From the IMG/VR virus record IMGVR_UViG_3300027710_000017, positions 1 through 64,000 of that record: a stretch of DNA of 64,000 nt, one strand, 5' to 3'. Source of the DNA: a virus. Positions 1-7,596 of this stretch are shown here, piece by piece. Each line of letters begins with the position of its first letter. Within the stretch, counting starts at the first letter, position 1. A program made the position numbers and the translations under genes. The notes under the pieces were generated by a model that was given only the letters and a program-made list of their open reading frames with translations, was not told where the DNA came from and did not search any database.

Positions 1-756
1 GCCACCCATAAAGACAAGGTTATTATAATCTGGTAGAAGTCTTGACCTAACGTCGTGCATAAAGTCAGTTAGCCTTAGTTCATACACTAGCTGAACTGCA
101 GCGGCTATATCAAATTTTGCTTGCTCGTCAATTTCTTCTTCCCAGTCGTGGATTCCTTTGTGGTAATTGTACTTCTGCTGTTTAGTATTTGGGAAATACT
201 GTAGAACTTTTTTATAGTACCTGTTTGCATCTCCGTATCCAGCCATGCCCATTAAAATATATTCGTGCTCATTTGGCTTTAATCCAATCAAGTCTGTGAA
301 GGCAGTATAGAATAATCCGAAGCTAAGTGGGTACTTAATCTCTTTAATTAGTTTTATATCTTCCCCGTCACCAGACCAGACGGTAGAAGTAGAAAATTCT
401 CCGATTGCATCTAGGACTACTATCGCTGCTTTATTAAATGGGCTTGTGTAATATCCAGCGCAAGCATGTGAGTAGTGGTGCTTAAAAGCTTTGTCGTGTC
501 TATGCCTTGGCTTCCAGTCAGCCCTACCTCCATTCAGCAATAACCTTAGTTGCTTTAGCCTTGGCTTTTCGTAGTAAGCTATGGCATCTGGATCTCCAAA
601 CTTTAGGCCATCACCCCAAAGGGCTTTATTTGTATACCAGTCATTTTTTTCTTTGCTATATCTTTCAGCATGACCCGCAAACAAGATTGTATTATTGTCA
701 ATAACGGCTAGGGCCGCATCGTGAGATGTTTCATTAAATCCAAAAATTCTCAACAT
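1..756 (-). CDS. Carbamoyltransferase (NodU/CmcH/TobZ family), N-terminal part; runs off the window
   Basis: Not in the ORF track. Translated by hand from ATG at 756: MLRIFGFNETSHDAALAVID...GHAERYSKEKND...HHYSHACAGYYTSPF...VLDAIGE...YILMGMAGYG...NLVFMGG. The start overlaps the upstream stop (TAATG). Confidence 0.9.
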   Translation of the reverse strand, partial: MLRIFGFNETSHDAALAVIDNNTILFAGHAERYSKEKNDWYTNKALWGDGLKFGDPDAIAYYEKPRLKQLRLLLNGGRADWKPRHRHDKAFKHHYSHACAGYYTSPFNKAAIVVLDAIGEFSTSTVWSGDGEDIKLIKEIKYPLSFGLFYTAFTDLIGLKPNEHEYILMGMAGYGDANRYYKKVLQYFPNTKQQKYNYHKGIHDWEEEIDEQAKFDIAAAVQLVYELRLTDFMHDVRSRLLPDYNNLVFMGG

Positions 757-1358
757 TACTCGCTAGCGTATGGGTGCTGTTGTGCTGGCCAAATGCCTCT
801 GTCTACTTCTGGATGGAATTCTGGATCTAGGTATTTGGGAACGCTTGTATGCATATACAAAGCCGTATGCCTTGCCCCAGATGTAACTGTTGTAATTCCA
901 TGTATATATTCTGATCCTGCGCTTGGGAAAAATACAGCAGAGTACTGCCTTGGCTTATACTCAAAATCTTGGTTTGGGAAATATATAATACCACCTTCAT
1001 AATCACTAGGATTATTTAGATAAATTATTGTACTCCACTCAATAAACGGCTCTGGATCCTGAGCATCCATATGAAGATCTCCCTTTGTTCCTGGATTCCA
1101 CCATGAGCCAAAAGCTTTAAATACATAAATAGGATTTACAAACCCATTTAATTCTTTATGAACATCGTTAGATTTGTGACCGTACTTAATTAACAAATCC
1201 ATTACTCTCTTGTTGTATGGAAATGCTGTTCCTCCATACCTTTCAGAGTAGTAGTCTGGGTATGGGTTTCTCTCAGATGGATTCTTTTGCTCTTGAATAA
1301 GAGTCTCAGCATCCTCTGGTGTTATAAAATTGTCAATGATAGTAATTCTGTGTGTCAT
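756..1358 (-). CDS. 2OG-Fe(II) oxygenase, prolyl-4-hydroxylase-like
   Basis: HxD (LHMDAQ), IIYLN..DYEGG, distal His and Arg (YIHGITTVTSGARH). Confidence 0.88.
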   Translation of the reverse strand: MTHRITIIDNFITPEDAETLIQEQKNPSERNPYPDYYSERYGGTAFPYNKRVMDLLIKYGHKSNDVHKELNGFVNPIYVFKAFGSWWNPGTKGDLHMDAQDPEPFIEWSTIIYLNNPSDYEGGIIYFPNQDFEYKPRQYSAVFFPSAGSEYIHGITTVTSGARHTALYMHTSVPKYLDPEFHPEVDRGIWPAQQHPYASE

Positions 1359-1370
1359 CTTTTCTCCTTT

Positions 1371-2180
1371 TTAATATATTGACTTTACGTTAGAAATAAA
1401 CTTTCTAGAGTCTATATCGTTTATCTTAAGACTATTTGGATTGTAAGAGACATCATCATTTGCATAAGGCAATGGCAAGATTGGGCACTTATCCAAACCA
1501 ATGTACCTCCAAAAACTGCTAGATATGATGTCAAGGACCTTGCCATATTTATGCTCTATAGAAAATGTTTTATACTTATTTTCTAAAGTTCTTTGGTTTA
1601 AGTCTGAACCAAGGCTGCTAGGAGCATTATAAACAGTATAGCCTTTCTCAAAACATCTAAAAGATAATAGCTCGTCCTCGCCAAGATACTTAACATATAT
1701 GGGATAGCTGACTGGCTTTAGCGTTCTGGTCTTTGAAAAAATTAAATTCTTACTTATGATGTTCGTTTTACTAAAGTCATCTGACTTTTCAGACTCTGAA
1801 ATTATTGTAAACAGATCTCTGTTTTTAAAGTACTGTTTTCCTACGCCAGAAACAACAGTCTTATTATCTTTAATAAAATCTATTAAGATATTATCCCAGC
1901 CATCCTTAACCATAATGTCATCTGACAATACTAAAAAGTATTCTGAAGAGCTTTCGTGAATTGTTTTTGACTTGTATTCGCAAGGGCTATTCAGGTAGTC
2001 CCAAAATATATGGTTATAAGATATTTGTGGGCTATCAAACATTTCTTTTCTATCTAAGGGGTGTTGATCGTAAACGTGTATATAAATATCATTACTGGTT
2101 GATGAAATAAGGTTGTCAACAACTTCTTTTAAGAATTTATTCTTGTATGAATAAATAACGGCATCAATCGTTGTCGTCAT
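1371..2180 (-). CDS. GT-A fold (GT2-like) glycosyltransferase
   Basis: N-terminal AVIYSYKN..LKEVVDNL; YFLVLSDD (DxD-like) followed by GWD; late GEDELLS. Confidence 0.65.
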   Translation of the reverse strand: MTTTIDAVIYSYKNKFLKEVVDNLISSTSNDIYIHVYDQHPLDRKEMFDSPQISYNHIFWDYLNSPCEYKSKTIHESSSEYFLVLSDDIMVKDGWDNILIDFIKDNKTVVSGVGKQYFKNRDLFTIISESEKSDDFSKTNIISKNLIFSKTRTLKPVSYPIYVKYLGEDELLSFRCFEKGYTVYNAPSSLGSDLNQRTLENKYKTFSIEHKYGKVLDIISSSFWRYIGLDKCPILPLPYANDDVSYNPNSLKINDIDSRKFISNVKSIY

Positions 2181-2931
2181 GGCTTACCTCTGGTGATTTT
2201 TTATTAAATATACCAAAATTCTTTTTTCTCCAGGCAAATTTTTTATAATATCCATAGAGCATAGATCGCCTATTTTCAGCCATGAGCTCGTGTTTATCTA
2301 GCTCTTCGTCCGTATCTATAACCTTTGACTCCCAGTCTTCTCTTTTGAATGGGATTATTTGAAATATTGGCGTACCTTTGGGAATTACACCTCTAAAATT
2401 TCTCTTTAGAAAAAATGCAGTAAAGACTGGAAGGCCCCAAATATCCGACTCTACAATTCCAGACAGGGTATAAAACGGAAGGTCGTGCCTGTTCATTGGT
2501 TGTGTAACCAGTACTGAGTATCCTGGGGGAGTTTCGTAATACCAGTTCATTCTCCAGCCATAGTGAATTGGGTGGCAGTTATCTGGAACTGGAACCTCTA
2601 TAGTTGGCCTAGTGTCTACAATCATGACGTCACCTTTCCAGGACAAAACTGGAACTCCGTTTTCATCTAAGTCTACATAAAGGTCATCCTCTAAGACATA
2701 CTGGTATCCAGCTGTTAGCGCATCAAAGAAAGGCATACACATTTTTGTAGCCACCTGAGCTCCATCAGTTCCTAAAGAGTTCTGAGGGTTTAGCGTCTTG
2801 TCACTATTAGACTTTTCAAACTTTGCTAAGCTTCTATACCATTCTGGGACATGCTTTGTCGCTGGCTGTGGGGCAGTCAGCCTGTCTCCAGGCATTCTAA
2901 AGGATGGAATAAAATTAATTATGTTTGACAT
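2164..2931 (-). CDS. DUF6065-like phage protein, paralogue 1
   Basis: PEWY, KMCMPFFDALTAGY, TPPGYSVLVTQP, IPKGTPIFQIIPFKREDW. Confidence 0.65.
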   Translation of the reverse strand: MSNIINFIPSFRMPGDRLTAPQPATKHVPEWYRSLAKFEKSNSDKTLNPQNSLGTDGAQVATKMCMPFFDALTAGYQYVLEDDLYVDLDENGVPVLSWKGDVMIVDTRPTIEVPVPDNCHPIHYGWRMNWYYETPPGYSVLVTQPMNRHDLPFYTLSGIVESDIWGLPVFTAFFLKRNFRGVIPKGTPIFQIIPFKREDWESKVIDTDEELDKHELMAENRRSMLYGYYKKFAWRKKNFGIFNKKSPEVSHDDND

Positions 2932-3653
2932 TAATTATATTCTTTCTTTGATCTAAAGATAAGTTTGTATCCATTTGCAAACATGCTACGTAGCTTAAGT
3001 CTCTGGTTTGATAAAGCTTTCTTTGAGTCTTCTGCCTCTGCAATCTCGGACTCCCAGCTATCTCTCTTGATTGGAATGACCTGTACTAATGGAGTACCAC
3101 GCTTAATTATACCCTTAAATCCCTTTTCTACAATAAAAGATAGGTGGCCTTCTGTAATAAACTTGTCAGAGTCGACTAAAGCTGGTATTGCAGTTAGTGG
3201 ATAGGTGTCTCTGTGAACTGGATTTAAGAATAGTGTGCTATATCCAGGATCTGTCTTCATATACCAGAACGGCATCACCCTGAACAATGTTTCATGTTGA
3301 CGACTTTTGTCTATTGGGTATTCATCATATTGTTGTTTTTCATGGGAAGAAAACATGTCTGCCTGGAATTGCTTAATTGCAATTGGTATAGACCATGTTA
3401 ACTTTTCTGGATCAGTGGCGTCTAGATAAACGTCGCATGGCATAGTGATCATATAGCCAGCTGTCATTATATCAAATACTGGCATACACCTTTTAACAGT
3501 CGAAGTAGAGTAGCCTTTTGGAAGAGTCTCGGAATCATTTACTGTACCCTTTTGCTTTTTGTACCAATCTGGAACAAACTTTACTGCTGGCTCTGGCGGA
3601 TCTGTATATGCTGAGGTACTTTCACTATGTTGATAAAATTTAATCTTTGGCAT
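2931..3653 (-). CDS. DUF6065-like phage protein, paralogue 2
   Basis: PDWY, KRCMPVFDIMTAGY, TDPGYSTLFLNP, IKRGTPLVQVIPIKRDSW; collinear with 2164..2931. Confidence 0.65.
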   Translation of the reverse strand: MPKIKFYQHSESTSAYTDPPEPAVKFVPDWYKKQKGTVNDSETLPKGYSTSTVKRCMPVFDIMTAGYMITMPCDVYLDATDPEKLTWSIPIAIKQFQADMFSSHEKQQYDEYPIDKSRQHETLFRVMPFWYMKTDPGYSTLFLNPVHRDTYPLTAIPALVDSDKFITEGHLSFIVEKGFKGIIKRGTPLVQVIPIKRDSWESEIAEAEDSKKALSNQRLKLRSMFANGYKLIFRSKKEYN

Positions 3654-4323
3654 AAAACTCCTTAATTCCTAAGTCTATTATAGCATTCCTAGGAATTATC
3701 ATATCGTAAACAGCAGAGGGCTTTTTAGCCTTTCCAAACTCATGGTCTGCCATGTGGCTGCCACTTTTCCTAAATCTAAAAGGTATCATGAATGGCTCTA
3801 GGTATTTTGTTTCTTCAGGAATTTTAACACAATTCCTTGTAGTTTCAAATACTTTAAATGCAGACTCTTCTTCTGGAACTACAAATCTAACTTCACAGCC
3901 CGAATCAATTATCCAAGGAGTATACGCCACAAACATATCATCAAAACACTCTGAGTCCAAATCTGCAACATAGGACGATTTGTAGAATTGTCGCAACCAC
4001 GGTCTATCTAGAAACTTTCTTTCTTTTTTATTTACTAGAATAAAAACTTCTGCATGGCTATATTGCCTCAGTCTAATAAAATTATCATCAATGCTAATTA
4101 GTTTTGGTGCTGGATAAAGAGCTTCTGCGTATTTGTTAATTGGTTTTATAATGCTGCTTTTATATTTTTCTGATGATGAAATTTTTTGAAAATTTAACCA
4201 CTTCTCTGGAACTCTAGACTTAAAGGAAATTTCTACAAAGTTTGGATCATAAGATGAATTCCATATGCCAAAATCATAGTCAGTGTTATTAAGTATGTCT
4301 GGCTTATCCACGATTACCAGCAA
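3640..4323 (-). CDS. Hypothetical protein, possibly a diverged third member of the adjacent family
   Basis: 227-aa ORF overlapping both neighbours; YTPWII and AKKPSAVYDMIIP weakly echo the paralogue motifs. Confidence 0.6.
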   Translation of the reverse strand: MLVIVDKPDILNNTDYDFGIWNSSYDPNFVEISFKSRVPEKWLNFQKISSSEKYKSSIIKPINKYAEALYPAPKLISIDDNFIRLRQYSHAEVFILVNKKERKFLDRPWLRQFYKSSYVADLDSECFDDMFVAYTPWIIDSGCEVRFVVPEEESAFKVFETTRNCVKIPEETKYLEPFMIPFRFRKSGSHMADHEFGKAKKPSAVYDMIIPRNAIIDLGIKEFYAKD

Positions 4324-5017
4324 TCAAGATAGAGATAAAGTCTGACTGATCTATATTCATATCAAAGATTTTACTAATAATTTTTGATACGCTGCCCCTA
4401 GCTATCGTTTGATTTGACATGCTAACATTTATACCAATTCCAACTTGACAATACTTGCCAAAAACAGTTTCAATATCTTTTAAAATTTCTAGAACCTTGG
4501 AGTTGTCATCTCTCCTATTTTTAATTAAGAATAAGTAGGGCATCTTACTTTCTTTAACCCAAACGAGCCTTTCTATCCGAATGTCTGAAGACTCTCCTGG
4601 AATATCATCTTCGAATATAAATGATTTTCCACCTATCCCAAGTATAGCAGGCAGGGCTGAAATAATCGATGGCCCTGGAATTACTTCTACTGGCAATCCT
4701 TCCTCATGAGCAATAACAATTATTTTGCCGCCTGGGTCTGCTATGCTAGCCATCCCGTCATCTGGACATATCAAAACATCTTTATTGCTTTTAAGTGCCT
4801 CAATAACTTTTAAAATTATTGGATCTTCGAGCTCTTCATCCATTGGGGCATAATACTCAATAACAGATCCAGACGGAACAATGGCCAGGTCTTTGCAAAG
4901 ATTGTCAAACAGATGCTTATTTTCTACTAAGACAATGTCAGAATCTCTTATCGCAGACATCATCCTGGGGCCAACGTCTAGCCTATTACCAATGTCTACT
5001 CCACCAACAATTAACAT
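4304..5017 (-). CDS. RsmI-like (tetrapyrrole methylase family) SAM-dependent methyltransferase
   Basis: IGNRLDVGPR, SDIVLVEN, DDGMASIADPG and VEVIPGPS match the RsmI motifs PIGNLxD, DAGxPxISDPG and PIPGPSA; SD GAAGGAAGG. Confidence 0.8.
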   Translation of the reverse strand: MLIVGGVDIGNRLDVGPRMMSAIRDSDIVLVENKHLFDNLCKDLAIVPSGSVIEYYAPMDEELEDPIILKVIEALKSNKDVLICPDDGMASIADPGGKIIVIAHEEGLPVEVIPGPSIISALPAILGIGGKSFIFEDDIPGESSDIRIERLVWVKESKMPYLFLIKNRRDDNSKVLEILKDIETVFGKYCQVGIGINVSMSNQTIARGSVSKIISKIFDMNIDQSDFISILIAGNRG

Positions 5018-5032
5018 ATCTGCCTTCCTTCG

Positions 5033-5104
5033 AGCCTCCTGTCAGGATTGAACTGACGACCTACGCATTACAAGTGCGTTGCTCTACCACTGAGCTAAAG
5101 AGGC
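5033..5104 (-). tRNA. tRNA-Thr(UGU), CCA not encoded
   Basis: GCCTCTTTAGCTCAGTGGTAGAGC...ACGCA-CTTGTAA-TGCGT...GTTCAATC...GGAGGCT. Confidence 0.95.
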
Positions 5105-5105
5105 G

Positions 5106-5178
5106 TACTCCCAACGGGATTCGAACCCGTGCTACCGCCGTGAAAGGGCGACGTCCTAGGCCACTAGACGATGAGAGC
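5106..5178 (-). tRNA. tRNA-Glu(UUC)
   Basis: GCTCTCATCGTCTAGTGGCCTAGGAC, TCGCC-CTTTCAC-GGCGG, GGTTCGAATCC. Confidence 0.95.
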
Positions 5179-5182
5179 AGTG

Positions 5183-5256
5183 CGACCCTGACCAGACTTG
5201 AACTGGCGACCTCCTCCGTGACAGGGAGGCGCTCTAACCAACTGAGCTACAGGGCC
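5183..5256 (-). tRNA. tRNA-Asp(GUC)
   Basis: GGCCCTGTAGCTCAGTTGGTTAGAGC, CCTCC-CTGTCAC-GGAGG, GTTCAAGT. Confidence 0.95.
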
Positions 5257-5311
5257 TGGTGTCCACTTTTATCCCTTCTCTCAGCGGGAGTGGTGTAGAC
5301 TAAACCATTAG
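5257..5311 (-). ncRNA. Putative structured pseudoknot RNA, copy A, between tRNA-Gly and tRNA-Asp
   Basis: CUAA UGGU UUA GUCUAC ACCA C UCCC-loop-GGGA UAAAA GUGGAC ACCA; covaries with copy B. Confidence 0.6.
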
Positions 5312-5382
5312 AGCGAATGGAGAGAATCGAACTCTCACCGTCAGTTTGGAAGACTGAGGCACTACCACTATGCAACATTCGC
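5312..5382 (-). tRNA. tRNA-Gly(UCC)
   Basis: GCGAATG acceptor, TCAGT-CTTCCAA-ACTGA, GTTCGATT, CATTCGCT. Confidence 0.95.
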
Positions 5383-5435
5383 ATTGCCCATTTTTATCCT
5401 TATACCCTTAGGAGTGGTATGGGCCACACCATTAG
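5383..5435 (-). ncRNA. Putative structured pseudoknot RNA, copy B, between tRNA-Asn and tRNA-Gly
   Basis: CUAA UGGU GUG GCCCAU ACCA C UCCU-loop-AGGA UAAAA AUGGGC AAU. Confidence 0.6.
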
Positions 5436-5507
5436 CTCCCCTCCGTGGATTCGAACCACGAACCGACGAGTTAACAGCTCGTTGCTCTGCCATTGAGCTA
5501 GAGAGGA
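5436..5507 (-). tRNA. tRNA-Asn(GUU)
   Basis: TCCTCTCTAGCTCAATGGCAGAGC, ACGAG-CTGTTAA-CTCGT, GGTTCGAATCC. Confidence 0.95.
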
Positions 5508-5539
5508 TTGTGCCCGTTAAGGATGGGCTTCCATTTTAT

Positions 5540-6577
5540 TTAATTATTATATACTGCGTCAAGCTGGTTTGCAAGATCTCTAAGAGTCTTTGCTAGCTCG
5601 GATGCAGCTGTTCTGTCTAGAGTCTCAGTAGAGGCAGCGTTGGTACGAATCTTTTGAATCAAAGATGTCGAACTGTCTAGTGATCCTAGCAAAAGTTGTC
5701 TTGAGGATACAGTGGATGTTGTTGCTGGTGTTTCAGCCACTACCCCCACAACCTTAGAGACTGTAGGCTCTGGAGCTTTTGCTTTAACTGTAGGAACTGA
5801 AGCTACTGCAGCAGTCACCGTTGCTACTGATGTTGTAAAGCCAACCATAAATGGGTTAGGTCCTGTAGTAGTAATCGCAAAAGAGTCATGCAATCCCTGA
5901 ATAGCAGTTCTAATAGACTTCAAGCTCTTGCTAGAGTATGTATTGCCAGAAAGAACCAGGTCAGACCGCTTAGTACTGCCTGCAAACTGAGTAGAGCCAA
6001 CTGCAACAGAGTTTGAAATACAAGCTGGATAGTCAATTCTATCTCCGCTTCCATAGTTTCCAGCTGAGGCATAAAAATCAATCTTGGATGCCTGCAGTGC
6101 AGCAATTGCACTAACAACATTGTTATGGGTTGTTGAAATACTTACCCCTGGAGATGACGGCGTACAGCTTGAACCGTTTCCAGCATTGTAAGAAAATGAC
6201 ACTGCTTTGATATTATACTTAGCTGAATTAGCAATGACCCAATTAAGGGCATTAGATAGCTGAATTCCAGTAATTACGCCAGTCTTAGTCGTTCCTGCTT
6301 CAATCAAAACCAACGGAACTTCTGCGTTATTTGATCTAGCAATATCTGCCATAACTGTGCCATGATTAAATGCCTTAAACTGTGAAGTGCTTCTTGGCGT
6401 TGGTGTTGAGCTACACTCTGAAGGTGCAGCTAGACAAATCTCCGTCACTTCTCCACTAATTAGAGTGGATTCAAAATTTACATCGATAATTGCAACGGCC
6501 CCAGCAGTGTCTGCCTGAGCTGGAACAATTCCAACAAGTGCAAGGATTGTGGCAAATGCGATAGCTAGTTTCTTCAT
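5540..6577 (-). CDS. Secreted subtilisin-like (S8) serine peptidase
   Basis: Signal peptide MKKLAIAFATILALVGIVPAQA; Asp (VAIID), His (NHGTVMA), oxyanion Asn (ASAGN), Ser (FTTSVAT). Confidence 0.75.
   Translation of the reverse strand: MKKLAIAFATILALVGIVPAQADTAGAVAIIDVNFESTLISGEVTEICLAAPSECSSTPTPRSTSQFKAFNHGTVMADIARSNNAEVPLVLIEAGTTKTGVITGIQLSNALNWVIANSAKYNIKAVSFSYNAGNGSSCTPSSPGVSISTTHNNVVSAIAALQASKIDFYASAGNYGSGDRIDYPACISNSVAVGSTQFAGSTKRSDLVLSGNTYSSKSLKSIRTAIQGLHDSFAITTTGPNPFMVGFTTSVATVTAAVASVPTVKAKAPEPTVSKVVGVVAETPATTSTVSSRQLLLGSLDSSTSLIQKIRTNAASTETLDRTAASELAKTLRDLANQLDAVYNN
5546..5574 (-). promoter_or_regulatory. Sigma70-type promoter for the tRNA cluster
   Basis: TTGCAA-17 nt-TATAAT in the last codons of the peptidase gene, about 40 nt upstream of tRNA-Asn. 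Confidence 0.65.
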
Positions 6578-6590
6578 ATTATTTTTCTTT

Positions 6591-6788
6591 CTATTGATTG
6601 ATTAATTTAATTACTGGGGAACACGGGTCTCCGCCGTCTTCCCATTCTTTTTCTTCTTCTTCTGTCATGTACGGATCTCCGTCATGGGTATAGCAGAATG
6701 GCTCAGTTACCCAACCATTGCTAATTCCAACCGCAAGCCACTCATCAAAGTCTGGTGCAGTTGTCTCATCATCTATAATGTTTTCCAT
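6591..6788 (-). CDS. Small acidic hypothetical protein with CxxHD...C motif
   Basis: ORF with SD (AAGGA) directly behind a consensus promoter. Confidence 0.7.
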   Translation of the reverse strand: MENIIDDETTAPDFDEWLAVGISNGWVTEPFCYTHDGDPYMTEEEEKEWEDGGDPCSPVIKLINQ

Positions 6789-6813
6789 AAAAATCCTTTT
6801 GAGTCATACATAC

Positions 6814-6842
6814 ATTATATCTAATTCAAAGGGGCTTGTCAA
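6814..6842 (-). promoter_or_regulatory. Perfect consensus sigma70 promoter
   Basis: TTGACA-AGCCCCTTTGAATTAGA (17 nt)-TATAAT. Confidence 0.85.
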
Positions 6843-7555
6843 CTATTTTTGAGTGACTTATAGTAGCCTAACCACTTACATAGATACAAGGCAAGCCTTT
6901 CATCATCGATAGCAGTTAAAGAGGGATGGTCGATAGAGTTTTTTAGCAAAAATTCTCGCCATCTTTTAGCAACTTTATGTCTATTAGTATTAAGATACTC
7001 TTCTAGCAAAAATTCTGAATCATTTTTTAGGAATTCTTGTTTTAGAAATAACCCCTCAATCGACCATGGCCAGTATGTTTCTGTTTTTATTCTTTTAAAA
7101 ATGTTAGACATATCCGCTAGCTTCCAAGAGTCAAGCTGGAGCTCATAGTGATCTGGGAAAAAACAATCATATTTTACATCAGTTTCATAGGTTGTGGCAT
7201 TTCCTGAAATAATTTTAATTTTATGATTTTCTGGATTACTTTCTAAAAAAGCTTTTTCTACATCTGAATTTAGCTCAATAACTGTTACGCTAGAAACGTT
7301 TTCTTTTTGTGCAAGAGCGATTGGAAGAATTCCAAAACCCAAACCAGTTAATAAAACATCTCCATGAGCCAAGTCATACTGGGAATAAAAAGTATCTTTT
7401 GGATGAATGAAGTCTTTGTCCGTTTGCATCCAACCTATGCCATTATGATATAAAAAATATGCCTGCCTTTCAGGCTCAAAAATTATTTCTACTTCTCCAT
7501 AAACACCTGGAACAATATTTGGCATTGTTGCATCATATATTGTTTTAAGATTCAA
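6839..7555 (-). CDS. Class I SAM-dependent methyltransferase (spermidine-synthase-like Rossmann fold)
   Basis: DVLLTGLGFG motif I; VTVIELNSDV acidic motif II; IISGNA, YDCFFPD. Confidence 0.75.
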   Translation of the reverse strand: MNLKTIYDATMPNIVPGVYGEVEIIFEPERQAYFLYHNGIGWMQTDKDFIHPKDTFYSQYDLAHGDVLLTGLGFGILPIALAQKENVSSVTVIELNSDVEKAFLESNPENHKIKIISGNATTYETDVKYDCFFPDHYELQLDSWKLADMSNIFKRIKTETYWPWSIEGLFLKQEFLKNDSEFLLEEYLNTNRHKVAKRWREFLLKNSIDHPSLTAIDDERLALYLCKWLGYYKSLKNS

Positions 7556-7596
7556 GATCAGCCCTTTCTGAGACAGCTATCTGCAGACTATACAAA

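Noticed and set aside
5257-5435. Assignment of the spacer RNAs as theta/HDV, twister or pistol ribozymes, or as armless tRNAs
   Set aside because: No P3/L3 between the P2 and P1 strands (HDV); the GGAUAAAAGUGGA similarity to a twister lacks the twister core; no pistol core; hairpin loops are 9-10 nt with no shared anticodon-loop pattern
5074-5596. Plus-strand ORFs 5074..5298 and 5384..5596
   Set aside because: They are antisense shadows of the tRNA genes
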